Virus record (IMG/VR): IMGVR_UViG_3300008259_003948
Location: 531-64,530 of that record
Source of the DNA: a virus
Taxonomy: Duplodnaviria; Caudoviricetes
Length of the DNA: 64,000 nt
Strand: one strand, 5' to 3'
Shown: in pieces, positions 40,160 through 50,726 of the stretch
Layout of the letters: each line of letters begins with the position of its first letter
Numbering within the stretch: the stretch's first letter is position 1
Translations under genes and position numbers: made by a program
The notes under the pieces: model-generated
Database searches by the model: none
What the model saw: the letters and a program-made list of their open reading frames with translations, nothing else
Told to the model about the DNA's origin: nothing

Positions 40160-40361
40160 TTTTTATTCTATTGTTATATTCTTTCAATACCATATCATAA
40201 GTTTTTTCTAACTTATCTAAATGGTTTGTTAATTTTAAAACAGATTCTTTTGTTAAATCAAAATCTTTTTTTATAAATTCCATAACAAAAATCAAATCTT
40301 TATTCGATTTATTTTTATAATCGTTAATTATGTCCAATGCCTTTGTCGAGTCCTTGTTCAT
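40152..40361 (-). CDS. Small coiled-coil protein
   Basis: Coupled ORF. Confidence 0.6.
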   Translation of the reverse strand: MNKDSTKALDIINDYKNKSNKDLIFVMEFIKKDFDLTKESVLKLTNHLDKLEKTYDMVLKEYNNRIKNV

Positions 40362-40363
40362 TT

Positions 40364-42328
40364 TTATATTTTCTTTCCGTATGCTTTATTCATAATTGTT
40401 CCATAAGGAGTTACTGAAAGACTTGGTATGAATATTTCAACTTTTCCGTTTTGTGATTCTTCTTTATCTTGTCCTTTCATTCCACTGTACATAGCCGCCA
40501 TTCCTATATTTGGACTACCATCTGGCATAGGACCTGTAGGTATTCCCAATTTTTGCATTTCCTCAATACCATTTATAAAACCCCTATCGGCAGAATAACC
40601 TGGTAAAGCTTGTGAAAAAGATAACAAAGATAATGGTATACCACCCCCCAAATAAGCACCGGCTAAACTTAAAAGGGCTAATAACTCATCTATAACACTT
40701 TTGCATTGTCTCCAATCCTTTATAAGTTTTGACAATATCATTGCCACTTCTACAAGAGCAAGAATTATTGCGTATTTTTTTGTGGCCGCGTTACTTGCAA
40801 GTGTTTTACCAATTGACCTAACAAGTGCCGCAATATCTTTTTTAATCAACTCAAAGAGTTCTCTAACAAATAAAGCCCCAATTCTTGAAACTAAATTTAT
40901 AAAGAAAGTTCTAAAATTCTTAATAAAATTATTTACATCATCAATTACATCAACAATTGATTGGCCTAAAGATTTTAACATTATTATCAATGGTAGCAAT
41001 ACCTTTGGTGAAAGTATTGCAAAGATCAATGCTTTTGGTAGTTGGGTAATAAAATTTAGATTAAGTTTAACTTTTATATTCAAACCTGTTGGTATTAAAA
41101 ATTCCCAAACAGGGTTATTGGCAACAGTAGTCGTTAGATTAGAAATTGTCTCATCTTGTTGCTCTAATGATGTTGTATTTCCACCGTTCTCAATTTCTAA
41201 CAAATTATTATAGATTGACCCAAAGTCTATGGGTAATTTTAAATCACCACAATCTTGGAATTGTGCGACACCACTTCTTGTGTTATTTATTTTCTCATCG
41301 ATCATTCTAAGATCAATATCAGTTAACTCAAAAAATCCATCATCAATATCATCCTCTTCAGATATTTTAGCATTTCCTTGTACATCAATTTCTCTTTTGT
41401 CACCAAAACATAAACCTAATATTCTTTGGATTATAATCCCAATTTTTTCATCTGTTGATATTTTGGAGTTACTAACATTTGCTTGTATGTCAATACATCC
41501 TGTCAAACCGTTCATTAGATTGGAGAATATATTTGTCGTATCTGCGATTTTTATAGTGGCATAATAATCTGTAATAAAATCCTTAATTCTATTTGTATTA
41601 ATAATTTGAGTTGATCCATCAGGTATTGAATTTCTATTAGATAAATCTATTTTAAAGAAATCACCAGTGTTACCAAATCCATCTGTGGTGGTATATTGTA
41701 TGTTGAAAAGATTTTGACCTGAGGCTCCTTTATATAAAGATCCTGCAGATGCTTGGTAAGATTGATTTGTTGAAATTGTTTTGAACAATTCTCTGTTCAT
41801 ACTAAATGGTCTTGTACCATAATTGATTGGATTTGCCTCATATTTTACTTTTCCCGAATCTGAATTTGGGTCTTCTTTCAATAAATCCAATAAATCAACA
41901 GAGGAAACTTTAATGTACAAAGGAGTGCCTGTTTGAAATGTCTGTTCTTGAGAACATCCTATAGTTTTGATAACTTCTTCTGTTAATATTTTTTTTATCT
42001 CAGGACTTATTTTTCGATAGGCCTTTATTACTTTTTTCATTAAGAATTTAGAAGTATCAAGACCAGAACCTTTTGTTTGTTGGGCAACACCTAACAATTC
42101 TTCTAATTGGTTCTTAATTTGTTTAGCGTACTTTTTAGAATTACTTGTTGAACCAGTAACTTGTTCTTTTAATTTGTCTAACTGAGTAACTAACTTATCC
42201 TTGTTTTCTTGAAAAGCATTAGAAGCGTCATCCTTTAAACTTTTAATGTCTTCATTGACTTGATTAAAGGCCTTATAGGATTTTATTTTACCTGTAACAT
42301 CACCAAAGGAACTTTCGAGTGCCATCAT
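40364..42328 (-). CDS. Large hypothetical protein (baseplate/tail region)
   Basis: 654-aa ORF with hydrophobic C-terminal helices. Confidence 0.6.
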   Translation of the reverse strand: MMALESSFGDVTGKIKSYKAFNQVNEDIKSLKDDASNAFQENKDKLVTQLDKLKEQVTGSTSNSKKYAKQIKNQLEELLGVAQQTKGSGLDTSKFLMKKVIKAYRKISPEIKKILTEEVIKTIGCSQEQTFQTGTPLYIKVSSVDLLDLLKEDPNSDSGKVKYEANPINYGTRPFSMNRELFKTISTNQSYQASAGSLYKGASGQNLFNIQYTTTDGFGNTGDFFKIDLSNRNSIPDGSTQIINTNRIKDFITDYYATIKIADTTNIFSNLMNGLTGCIDIQANVSNSKISTDEKIGIIIQRILGLCFGDKREIDVQGNAKISEEDDIDDGFFELTDIDLRMIDEKINNTRSGVAQFQDCGDLKLPIDFGSIYNNLLEIENGGNTTSLEQQDETISNLTTTVANNPVWEFLIPTGLNIKVKLNLNFITQLPKALIFAILSPKVLLPLIIMLKSLGQSIVDVIDDVNNFIKNFRTFFINLVSRIGALFVRELFELIKKDIAALVRSIGKTLASNAATKKYAIILALVEVAMILSKLIKDWRQCKSVIDELLALLSLAGAYLGGGIPLSLLSFSQALPGYSADRGFINGIEEMQKLGIPTGPMPDGSPNIGMAAMYSGMKGQDKEESQNGKVEIFIPSLSVTPYGTIMNKAYGKKI

Positions 42329-42696
42329 TAATTAATTTTGAATCCGCTTTCTTTGGAGATATCCTTATCTATCAAATTTTTCAAAAGATCTTCATCCATA
42401 TCGGTTAAAACAAAAGGTTCGTCTTTACCCGATGAAGATTCTTTTTGCCAAAGACCCGATTGTAATTTTGATAGTTGTAATTTTTTCTCAACACAATCAT
42501 TTATGATTTTTTGTTGTTTTTCAATCACAGGCCCAATAAGAGTCATATCTTCAGGATCTTTCATCATTGAAAGCATTTTGTTTTGTATTCTAATTGCGGT
42601 ATTTCTTTGTTCTACAAGTTCATTATATATCTCCTGCATCAAGGATAATATTGAATCTTTGCTAAGATTTATCGATTTTTTTGCTGGTCTTGCCAT
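42328..42696 (-). CDS. Coiled-coil protein (weak candidate for terminase small subunit)
   Basis: Two-helix pattern loosely like T4-like gp16; not diagnostic. Confidence 0.35.
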   Translation of the reverse strand: MARPAKKSINLSKDSILSLMQEIYNELVEQRNTAIRIQNKMLSMMKDPEDMTLIGPVIEKQQKIINDCVEKKLQLSKLQSGLWQKESSSGKDEPFVLTDMDEDLLKNLIDKDISKESGFKIN

Positions 42697-42716
42697 ACCA
42701 ATAAATAGGTTAAATT

Positions 42717-43472
42717 TTATTTTATTGTTGATTGAAGAACTGTAAAATAAAGTTTCTTATATTTTTTTAAAGATGATCTTATCTCTTTTGTTGACAGATT
42801 TGTCATTTCTCTTAGAGAGAGAAGTATCAAATTTTTATTAAATTTATTATTTGATGTCCCAATAAAAATTGTATGGTGATTATCAAAAACATCATAAAGA
42901 GCTAAACCTAATTTATATTCATTATCAGATAAATTGTTTTTTTCTAATGTAATTCTTAATTCTGTTTTGAAGTTTTCTATAATGATATCCGTATCAATAA
43001 TATCTTCATCGATCTCATACATAAATTGAGGATCATTTTCTAAACTACTTGAGATGTCTTCATATGATATTTTTCTATTTTGATCTTTTTGGTCTTTAAT
43101 AATTTGACCCATCAAATAGTTTTTACATATTGTACCCAAATATGAATATGCCTTTTTTTCTTTCGAAGGTTTGAACTTATCAATCTTCGTCATAAGAAAT
43201 GAATGTGTATCAGAATGGATTTCGTTAAAATCCATATCTCTTCTATACAATTTATATCGTCGAATTATTGACGATATCATTTTATCCAAAGGTTTTTTCA
43301 AAAAATCATTATAAATTTTGTTTTTTTCGTCATAAGATTCGGCGGTTATAAAAAGTCTAACCGCCGTCTCTTCAGCAACATCAAAATAATTTAAATTTTT
43401 TGGTTTTCTTCCCTTTCTTTTACTTTCAACATTCGTTGTTTCGCCTGTTAAAATTTCTTCAACCAACATCAA
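42717..43472 (-). CDS. Phage sigma factor (T4 gp55 late-sigma-like)
   Basis: N-terminal NYF; region-2-like KIDKFKPSKEKKAYSYLGTICKNYL. Confidence 0.65.
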   Translation of the reverse strand: MMLVEEILTGETTNVESKRKGRKPKNLNYFDVAEETAVRLFITAESYDEKNKIYNDFLKKPLDKMISSIIRRYKLYRRDMDFNEIHSDTHSFLMTKIDKFKPSKEKKAYSYLGTICKNYLMGQIIKDQKDQNRKISYEDISSSLENDPQFMYEIDEDIIDTDIIIENFKTELRITLEKNNLSDNEYKLGLALYDVFDNHHTIFIGTSNNKFNKNLILLSLREMTNLSTKEIRSSLKKYKKLYFTVLQSTIK

Positions 43473-44275
43473 ACCATTTGTGGTTCGTATTTTATGGATC
43501 TATCGTCCTTATAATAATATTCTTTCTTCGCTGTTTGGATCCAAAATTTAACTTCATCTTCACTCATAATAGGTGTTCCATTTTTGTAATTCCAAAAAAT
43601 AGATCCTTCTCTAAGGTTAATGTGTTTATATCCAATTTTTGGAATTGTCATAATTCTAGCAGAATTAAATGTAAATCTTAACAACAATTCATAAACAAAA
43701 GTAAGTTTCATAGTAGGTTTGAATCCTCCAAAATCCTCAATCAAAGATTTTTTAAAAACCATACCAGATGTTTGGAAATTTTGGTATTGATGTAAAGTGT
43801 CGTTTGTTAAATAACCAACTTCTTGTGAGAATGACATTGCAAAAGTTGCTTCGTTAGTAAATCCGGCAAAAACACCCTTATTATCCACATCAACAACGAT
43901 TGGTAAAAATGCATCCACATCAGGAAAAAATTCAGAATACTTTTTTACATTTTTAAACCAAATGTTTGAATACTCGTCATCAAATTCAAAAATGGATACC
44001 CACTCAGACTTTGATTTAGAAATACCATAATTAACTTGTTTTGCAAAGTTTGGTTCCTCTGCCCATTCGTATTTAGATACGGTTAAATCGCCAAAATCAT
44101 AAGATGATAGTTTTGTAACAAGTTGTTCTTCACTTGTGTGAACAATAATCAATTCATTAATATTTGTTTGTTGTTGTTTTAACGAAAGGATTGCCTTTTC
44201 AAAATAATCATCAAAGTCTCTAACAACAGCAGACCTGATAGGTAAAATTATAGATACATTAAAGTTATTTTCCAT
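43469..44275 (-). CDS. Glycosyltransferase, GT2/GT-A fold
   Basis: VSIILP start, NYGI..SKSEWV.IFEFDD. Confidence 0.75.
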   Translation of the reverse strand: MENNFNVSIILPIRSAVVRDFDDYFEKAILSLKQQQTNINELIIVHTSEEQLVTKLSSYDFGDLTVSKYEWAEEPNFAKQVNYGISKSKSEWVSIFEFDDEYSNIWFKNVKKYSEFFPDVDAFLPIVVDVDNKGVFAGFTNEATFAMSFSQEVGYLTNDTLHQYQNFQTSGMVFKKSLIEDFGGFKPTMKLTFVYELLLRFTFNSARIMTIPKIGYKHINLREGSIFWNYKNGTPIMSEDEVKFWIQTAKKEYYYKDDRSIKYEPQMV

Positions 44276-45339
44276 TATTGTTCAATTGTTTCAAGTTTAT
44301 TTAATTGTTGTTCAAAAGAATTCAATCTTTCCATCATATATCCTGAGAATAAGAATACCACATTAGATTCAAATCCCTCAAAGTCACTATACTTAGCGGC
44401 TGTCTCATACCCTGTTTCGTAAATCTTTGGGTGAACATTATCTTCTAACCAATTTTGTACAAAATCCGCAATTACATCAACAAATGAGTTGTTATCTGTA
44501 ATCCAAATACCATTATCTTGTGTTAACCATTCAGGAGAGAGATAAGGAGCTCTACCTATTACTGGTACGCCAACTTTCATAGATTCCAAAGGATATGTTC
44601 CAAATCCGCTTGTAGGATCAATCCAAACCGATAAGAATGCGTCTTTCAATGAGTTAGCAAAATCTCTTTCACCTAAACCTCTCATATCTCTGAAGGTAAT
44701 CCATCTGTATTGAGGATACTTTAGATAGAAAGTCTTGATTATATTCAAAGAATCTCTTTGGTCTCTTGAGTGAATACACACAATTGGTTTTGGAGGTAAT
44801 TCTTGTTTTTCAAAAACATTTGATATTGTTGGAGTAATAATATCAAAGGATGTGTTTCTCATAATTTGAGAAATATAATTTTTCTGAGCTTCAGATGTTG
44901 TAATACATTTCAAAAATGAGTATTGAGACCAAGATTGTCCAGGTTGTAAGGTCTCTAACATATGATCATATGCTTGACACAATACAATCTTACCACAAGG
45001 TAAATTTTTAACCTGATCCATAATGAATCCATAGATCTCAGGAATAACCAAAAGGTCTTCAGGTGATACAGGTAATTGTTGACCCTCAATTTTTGCGTGA
45101 GGTAATTTGGACATATAGTCTCCTTCGAGCCACGAATTAACAGGTGTATAGTCATCTTTTTCATGCAACATAATTGCGTTATAACCAGCATTTTTAAGCG
45201 CCATCGCCATCTGATAAATTATTCTTATCGAAGCTTTGGCATTACCTTTTGTGTCTTGAACAAAAAAGTAAATTCTCGCAGTTTTATCCTTGAGATTTTT
45301 GATTGAAACTTCAAGTTTTTTGATGTTTTCTTGATCCAT
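44275..45339 (-). CDS. Glycosyltransferase, GT4/GT-B-like
   Basis: SGFGTYPLESMKVGVPVIG acceptor/donor motif. Confidence 0.7.
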   Translation of the reverse strand: MDQENIKKLEVSIKNLKDKTARIYFFVQDTKGNAKASIRIIYQMAMALKNAGYNAIMLHEKDDYTPVNSWLEGDYMSKLPHAKIEGQQLPVSPEDLLVIPEIYGFIMDQVKNLPCGKIVLCQAYDHMLETLQPGQSWSQYSFLKCITTSEAQKNYISQIMRNTSFDIITPTISNVFEKQELPPKPIVCIHSRDQRDSLNIIKTFYLKYPQYRWITFRDMRGLGERDFANSLKDAFLSVWIDPTSGFGTYPLESMKVGVPVIGRAPYLSPEWLTQDNGIWITDNNSFVDVIADFVQNWLEDNVHPKIYETGYETAAKYSDFEGFESNVVFLFSGYMMERLNSFEQQLNKLETIEQ

Positions 45340-45342
45340 AGT

Positions 45343-45600
45343 TTAAAATTTATTTATTAAGTTTTTATGTAATAATGTGTTAAATGCTATTTTGAATGGT
45401 ATTGAAACCTGAGCTTTACTACCCAATGTCTCATCAACTTCGTCTCTTTCTGTCAAAAGAATTTCCATTAACATTTTTACCATTTCATACTTTGTTACGC
45501 TGATGGTATTCTCTTCCGCTCCTGAATACGAGATAACCTCAATGTATGCCTCTACTTGATCTAAATCTAAGTAATAATTTTCTCCTAATACTTTTATCAT
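45343..45600 (-). CDS. Hypothetical protein
   Basis: Coupled ORF. Confidence 0.6.
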   Translation of the reverse strand: MIKVLGENYYLDLDQVEAYIEVISYSGAEENTISVTKYEMVKMLMEILLTERDEVDETLGSKAQVSIPFKIAFNTLLHKNLINKF

Positions 45601-46220
45601 TTTTTAATTTGTTTAAATATATCTGTTAATTCACTCAAAGATCTGATCGTATATTTCGAATCTGTTGTTTTATTATATTCAGTTTCGAATTTTATGACAA
45701 TTTTTTCAGTCGGATAGTTTAATAATAATTCAGGATTTGATGTAAGTAAAATATCAATATCATCCCAAATTGAGTCTTTTGTTGTTTTTGAGTAAAATCT
45801 GATCTTTTCAATAAGACATCCAAACTTAGACAAGAAAAATAAAGTTGCTGGTTTACCTTTACCAACCTCTTCAGAAATTATCATTATCTCATTCTCAACT
45901 CTTTGATCTAAATAAAAGTCATTTAACAAGTTAAATGTATTGTTTTCAGAAGATCCGGCATGTCCAAAAATTTGCATTGGAAATTCCTCATACATAAATT
46001 TTAGATATTCCTCCTCATCCTTAAATTTAAAAAAATCTGTCAGAGTTAATGAAGTAATAGGTGTTGTCATCTCATATACAAAGTCATCAGTTTCACCTGT
46101 GACTATCATATTATTCTCACCAATCTCTAAATTATTTTCTATTAGATAGGATTCATAAACTCTTGTGAATTTACCAATAGTATCTCTTAGGACACCATTA
46201 ACATCAATTGCAATTCTCAT
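45597..46220 (-). CDS. HAD-superfamily 5'(3')-deoxyribonucleotidase-like protein
   Basis: MRIAIDVNGVLRD, a HAD motif I variant. Confidence 0.55.
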   Translation of the reverse strand: MRIAIDVNGVLRDTIGKFTRVYESYLIENNLEIGENNMIVTGETDDFVYEMTTPITSLTLTDFFKFKDEEEYLKFMYEEFPMQIFGHAGSSENNTFNLLNDFYLDQRVENEIMIISEEVGKGKPATLFFLSKFGCLIEKIRFYSKTTKDSIWDDIDILLTSNPELLLNYPTEKIVIKFETEYNKTTDSKYTIRSLSELTDIFKQIKK

Positions 46221-46311
46221 AGTCAGATAATAATAAAAAAAATAAACTTGTAAACCCACATTATATGAGTGATATTTATATATGTTAATAAACTATTTAT
46301 TTTAAAAAATT

Positions 46312-46782
46312 ATGTTACTTTCAGAAAATTTATCTTTAGCAGAGGTAGTTAAGTCAAATACAGCCAAAAGACTTGGTATTAATAATAACCCAACACCCGA
46401 ACATTTGGAAAATCTTAAATTGGTTGCAAAACACATATTCCAACCAATAAGAGAACACTTCAAAAAACCAATCAATGTTTCTTCAGGTTATAGATCAAAA
46501 GCATTAAATGATGCAACACCAGGATCTTCTCCCACATCTCAACATTGTACGGGAGAAGCTTTGGATTTGGATCAAGATGATATGAATACAGGAGTTACCA
46601 ATAAAATGGTGTTTGAATTTATCAAGAACAATTTAAATTTTGATCAATTAATCTACGAATTTGGTAATGATCAAAACCCTGATTGGGTGCATGTTTCGTA
46701 TGAATCAACAGGAAGACAAAGAAAACAAATTTTAAGAGCGGTAAAAGTTAATGGTAAGACAACCTACAAACCTTATGTTTAA
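46312..46782 (+). CDS. Peptidase M15A, probable endolysin
   Basis: SSGYRS, SQHCTGEALD, WVHVS; two TATTTAT motifs upstream. Confidence 0.85.
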   Translation: MLLSENLSLAEVVKSNTAKRLGINNNPTPEHLENLKLVAKHIFQPIREHFKKPINVSSGYRSKALNDATPGSSPTSQHCTGEALDLDQDDMNTGVTNKMVFEFIKNNLNFDQLIYEFGNDQNPDWVHVSYESTGRQRKQILRAVKVNGKTTYKPYV

Positions 46783-47519
46783 TGGTTGTCTTCGTATCTT
46801 TTTAGTATCTTACTAATAAGAGGATTCCTCACAACATCTCCGTCTTTAAATTCGTGAACTCCGATATCATCTAAGTTTTGAAACTTCTTGATAGCATCCC
46901 ATAGACCTGTTTGTGTCTTGTCTTTGTGTCTGTCAAATTGTTCCAAATCACCAGAAATGAAGAACTTGGAATTGAATCCAATTCTTGTTAATAAAAGTTT
47001 CATTTGGTTAGGAGTTGAGTTTTGAGCTTCTTCAAAAATCAATATGGAATTATCAATGTTCATTCCTCTCATATATGCTAGTGCAAAAACTTCAATTATA
47101 TCAGATTGGACTAATTTGTCTTTTGCCTCTTTTCCAATTATTTTGGTTAAAAGATAGTATGATGGAAAAATATAAGGATCTAATTTTTCTTCTACATTAC
47201 CAGGAAGAGAACCTAGTTTTTCTTCAGCTTCAACTGCGGGTCTTACAATGATGATCTTTTCATATGTGTTATTAGTATCTGTTAATAAATCAACTGCCGC
47301 TTTCATTGCTATATAACTTTTACCAACCCCTGCAGGACCTGAACAAATTGTTATTTGATGGTTACATAATTTTTCGTAGTATTCTTTTTGACTTTCAGTT
47401 AAAAACTTATTTCTTGTTTTTTTTTGAACAATATTGTTAATTAAGTCTTTTTTGGTAAAAGACCTTGGTTCTGATTCTTCATTTGTTTTACGAGGTTTTG
47501 TGTTTCTTCTTGTCATCAA
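46779..47519 (-). CDS. phoH: PhoH-family ATPase
   Basis: GPAGVGKS, RPAVE, LG.LPG, YMRG, EEAQN, GDxxQ.D, VRNPL. Confidence 0.92.
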   Translation of the reverse strand: MMTRRNTKPRKTNEESEPRSFTKKDLINNIVQKKTRNKFLTESQKEYYEKLCNHQITICSGPAGVGKSYIAMKAAVDLLTDTNNTYEKIIIVRPAVEAEEKLGSLPGNVEEKLDPYIFPSYYLLTKIIGKEAKDKLVQSDIIEVFALAYMRGMNIDNSILIFEEAQNSTPNQMKLLLTRIGFNSKFFISGDLEQFDRHKDKTQTGLWDAIKKFQNLDDIGVHEFKDGDVVRNPLISKILKRYEDNH

Positions 47520-48496
47520 TTTTTAGTTTTGAAATGGTTTAACCAATATTCTATCATTTCATCTAACATATCTTCGAAAGTGTATTTAGGTTTCCACCCC
47601 GTGAGAGTTCTTAGTTTAGATGAATCGCCTTTCAAATTATTTAATTCTTCCGGTCTGAGATATTTTTTATCTTGTTTAACATATGTTTCCCAATCCAAAG
47701 ATAGTCTACCAAAAACATATGTACATAAATCTTTTACTGATTTAGAAATGCCCGTGGAGCAAACAAAATCGTTCGGTTTTTCTTGTTGTAGAATTAACCA
47801 CATTGCCTCAACATAATCTTTGGCGTGTCCCCAATCTCTGGTGGCGTCCAAATTACCTAATTTTAGTTCGTTAGATAATCCTAATTTTATTTTTACGGCT
47901 TCTTTCGCAACTTTATTTGTTACGAAGTTTGTACCTCTCCTTGGTGATTCGTGATTAAAAAGTATACCATTTGATATAAACATACCATAAGAGTTTTTAT
48001 AATTTCTAGATATGTTATAACTAAAAACTTTAGCGCATCCATAAGGAGATACTGGATTCATTGGAGTTGTTTCTCTTTGATATCCGTCATCGTCTATTGA
48101 ATTTCCAAACATCTCGGAGGAAGAGGCTTGATATATTTTGATTTTTGTGTCATTTAACCTAACCGCTTCCAAAAGATTTAATGTGCCTAATCCTGTTACA
48201 TTACAAGTGTATATAGGTTGATCAAAAGAAATTCTAACATGTGATTGCGCGGCTAAATTATAAATTTCAGAAGGTTTTACTTTTTGAATTACACCATATA
48301 ATGAGGATAAATCTGTCATATCTGCATAATGAAGATTTATTTCATCATAAACATTATCTAATCTTGTTGTTTGATTTTCAGATATTGAATTTCTCTTTAA
48401 GGTTCCGTGAACTTCATATCCTTTATTCAATAAAAACTCTGTCAGGTAAGATCCATCTTGTCCGTTTATACCTGTTATTAAAACTTTATTTTTCAT
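47516..48496 (-). CDS. gmd: GDP-mannose 4,6-dehydratase
   Basis: ITGINGQDGSYL, LAAQSHV, QASSSEMFG, SPYGCAK, FNHESPRRG, RDWGHA. Confidence 0.95.
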   Translation of the reverse strand: MKNKVLITGINGQDGSYLTEFLLNKGYEVHGTLKRNSISENQTTRLDNVYDEINLHYADMTDLSSLYGVIQKVKPSEIYNLAAQSHVRISFDQPIYTCNVTGLGTLNLLEAVRLNDTKIKIYQASSSEMFGNSIDDDGYQRETTPMNPVSPYGCAKVFSYNISRNYKNSYGMFISNGILFNHESPRRGTNFVTNKVAKEAVKIKLGLSNELKLGNLDATRDWGHAKDYVEAMWLILQQEKPNDFVCSTGISKSVKDLCTYVFGRLSLDWETYVKQDKKYLRPEELNNLKGDSSKLRTLTGWKPKYTFEDMLDEMIEYWLNHFKTKN

Positions 48497-49275
48497 ATTA
48501 ATATCCAATCATTTACGAATAAATCTTTTGTATTTAATTTTACTGATGACCCAAACCAATTTTTAGGGGCAACAACTTTTTTGTTTTTGTTTTGATTTAA
48601 CCAAGCCCCCCACCATGAAAAAGAAGAATTTGCAATAATATTATTTTCACATTTCGACATAAGAATTAATTCTATAACTTGATCATTATCATCAACAAAA
48701 AATGAATTTTTAATTTTTAAATTATTTTTACACCAATCAATGTCATCTGAAAATATCAAAAAATTTATATTTTGTAAATCTCTTCCATAAATCTGATCAA
48801 TTGCCGTTTCATAATAACTTATTTGCAATGTTGGGTGAATATTTTGTAAATTCAAATAGTCACCCCTTCTGATGTGTATAGAGCAAGAATTATTTAATAG
48901 ATTATTATACTTTTGTTCTATTTGTTTCTGATAGGATAAATTTAATTCTAAATAATTTAATAAAATATCTCTAACTTCGATGAAGTACTTTTCACTTTGG
49001 AGGTAACCAAATAAATCAAAATTGTTATTTTTATTTTCAATTTTGATTTCAGAAAATGTAAAATCATTTTCATTTATACTAATACAATTATTCAAAACTT
49101 TATAAGGTAAAGAATTTTTAAAATATTTAGATATATCTTGATTCGTATAAAAACAAAACCAATGAGGAAAACAAAAATCAATGTCATTTTTTATTGCAAT
49201 TCCTATTGTTGATGAAATTTGGAATAGTTGGTTTCCCAATCTACCGTATCTACCTAGTTTAGAGAATGTTATCAC
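48493..49275 (-). CDS. GT11 alpha-1,2-fucosyltransferase
   Basis: GRLGNQLFQ, HIRRGDY, FSDD, NSSFSWWGAWL. Confidence 0.9.
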   Translation of the reverse strand: MITFSKLGRYGRLGNQLFQISSTIGIAIKNDIDFCFPHWFCFYTNQDISKYFKNSLPYKVLNNCISINENDFTFSEIKIENKNNNFDLFGYLQSEKYFIEVRDILLNYLELNLSYQKQIEQKYNNLLNNSCSIHIRRGDYLNLQNIHPTLQISYYETAIDQIYGRDLQNINFLIFSDDIDWCKNNLKIKNSFFVDDNDQVIELILMSKCENNIIANSSFSWWGAWLNQNKNKKVVAPKNWFGSSVKLNTKDLFVNDWILI

Positions 49276-49805
49276 TATTTAATTGATATAACATTTAGAG
49301 ACATTAAATCACCATTAATTTTATCCATATGTGGAAGATAACATTGACTATAATCATCAATATATGAATGATCAGTTGATCTCCAATCCCATAAATTAAT
49401 ATTTGTGAACCCAATTTCTTCTAAATCACTTTTTAATGTTTCAAAATCAAATCCAATGTAATGGTAATTGTTTTCATATGTTTGACCACCGTACAATAGT
49501 CCCCAAAGAGACTTCAATTTTGCACCTCTATTATACTGGTCAATTACCGCACCTATGTCAGGTACTGCCAACTTCAAGGTCCCTCCTTTTTTTAATAACT
49601 CAAACCATCTTTTTAAAACTAACTTATATTCGTGTCTACCAAAATGTTCCAAAACATGCGAAGCGTAAATCTCATCTATTGATCCATTCTTAAACTGCTC
49701 CAATTTTCTAACATCAGATATTAAATCGCATGATAAATTTTCTCTAACATCGATGTTTATGTATCCATTTATTATTTTATTACCACAACCTAAATGTAAT
49801 TTCAT
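49275..49805 (-). CDS. Class I SAM methyltransferase
   Basis: LHLGCG, SHVLEHF, LKKGG.L.LAVPD. Confidence 0.8.
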   Translation of the reverse strand: MKLHLGCGNKIINGYINIDVRENLSCDLISDVRKLEQFKNGSIDEIYASHVLEHFGRHEYKLVLKRWFELLKKGGTLKLAVPDIGAVIDQYNRGAKLKSLWGLLYGGQTYENNYHYIGFDFETLKSDLEEIGFTNINLWDWRSTDHSYIDDYSQCYLPHMDKINGDLMSLNVISIK

Positions 49806-49816
49806 TTTTAATATAT

Positions 49817-50722
49817 TTATTTTCTTGTTATTTCATAATTCGAGACAAACCAATTAATAGTTTCCTCAAGAGCTTCTCTTATTGGAGTAAATTTAAATTT
49901 TGTATTTAAGGACATCAACTTAGAATTATCGGTAGGTTTCCTGAACTGACCTTCGGGTTTTGTTGTATCATACATAACATTACCTCTGAAGTCAAATATA
50001 TCCACAATTATTTCGACAATATCTCTAATTGATATTTCTTCTGAATTCGAAAGTATTAAAGGTTCGATATCGTCGTATTCCTCCAAAACCCAAGTCATTA
50101 ATTTTGCAATATCTTTACTAAATATAAATTCTCGTAATGGTGATCCTGATCCCCATATGATAAAATCAGTTTTATTCTTTTTTGCCAAATAACATTTATG
50201 AATTAATGAAGGAATGACATGTCCATTTATTATATTGAAGTTATCAAAAGGACCAAATATATTTGTGGGTATAACACACACATTATTACACCCATATTGT
50301 TGTTTATAAAGTCTACTTTGAACCTCGAGCATCCTTTTGGAATATGCATACCCCTCATTTGAAAAGTGAGGAGGTCCATTATGGATTTTTTTTTCAGTCA
50401 GTGGGTAATCTATATCATCAGGAAATATACAAGTAGATAATGTCGAAATTACTTTTTTTATTTTCATTATTCTACATACTTCCAAAACATTTGAATTCAT
50501 CATAATGTTCTGATAAAAAAAATCTCCATTATTTGTCATATTATAACCAACACCACCAACCATTGCCGCGGTGTGAATTACATAATCAGGATTATACTTT
50601 TCAAAAATTTTTTTAGTTTCGTCAAATGATATTAAATTAGCATCCTTAGAATTTATTTTGAAATCAGATTTTATCTGAGATCCAACCAACCCTGACCCAC
50701 CAGTGACTAAAATTTTTTTCAT
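49817..50722 (-). CDS. fcl: GDP-L-fucose synthase
   Basis: ILVTGGSGLVG, AAMVGG, LSTCIFP, YAYSKR, PTNIFGP.DNF, HVIP, WGSGSPLREF. Confidence 0.92.
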   Translation of the reverse strand: MKKILVTGGSGLVGSQIKSDFKINSKDANLISFDETKKIFEKYNPDYVIHTAAMVGGVGYNMTNNGDFFYQNIMMNSNVLEVCRIMKIKKVISTLSTCIFPDDIDYPLTEKKIHNGPPHFSNEGYAYSKRMLEVQSRLYKQQYGCNNVCVIPTNIFGPFDNFNIINGHVIPSLIHKCYLAKKNKTDFIIWGSGSPLREFIFSKDIAKLMTWVLEEYDDIEPLILSNSEEISIRDIVEIIVDIFDFRGNVMYDTTKPEGQFRKPTDNSKLMSLNTKFKFTPIREALEETINWFVSNYEITRK

Positions 50723-50726
50723 AATT

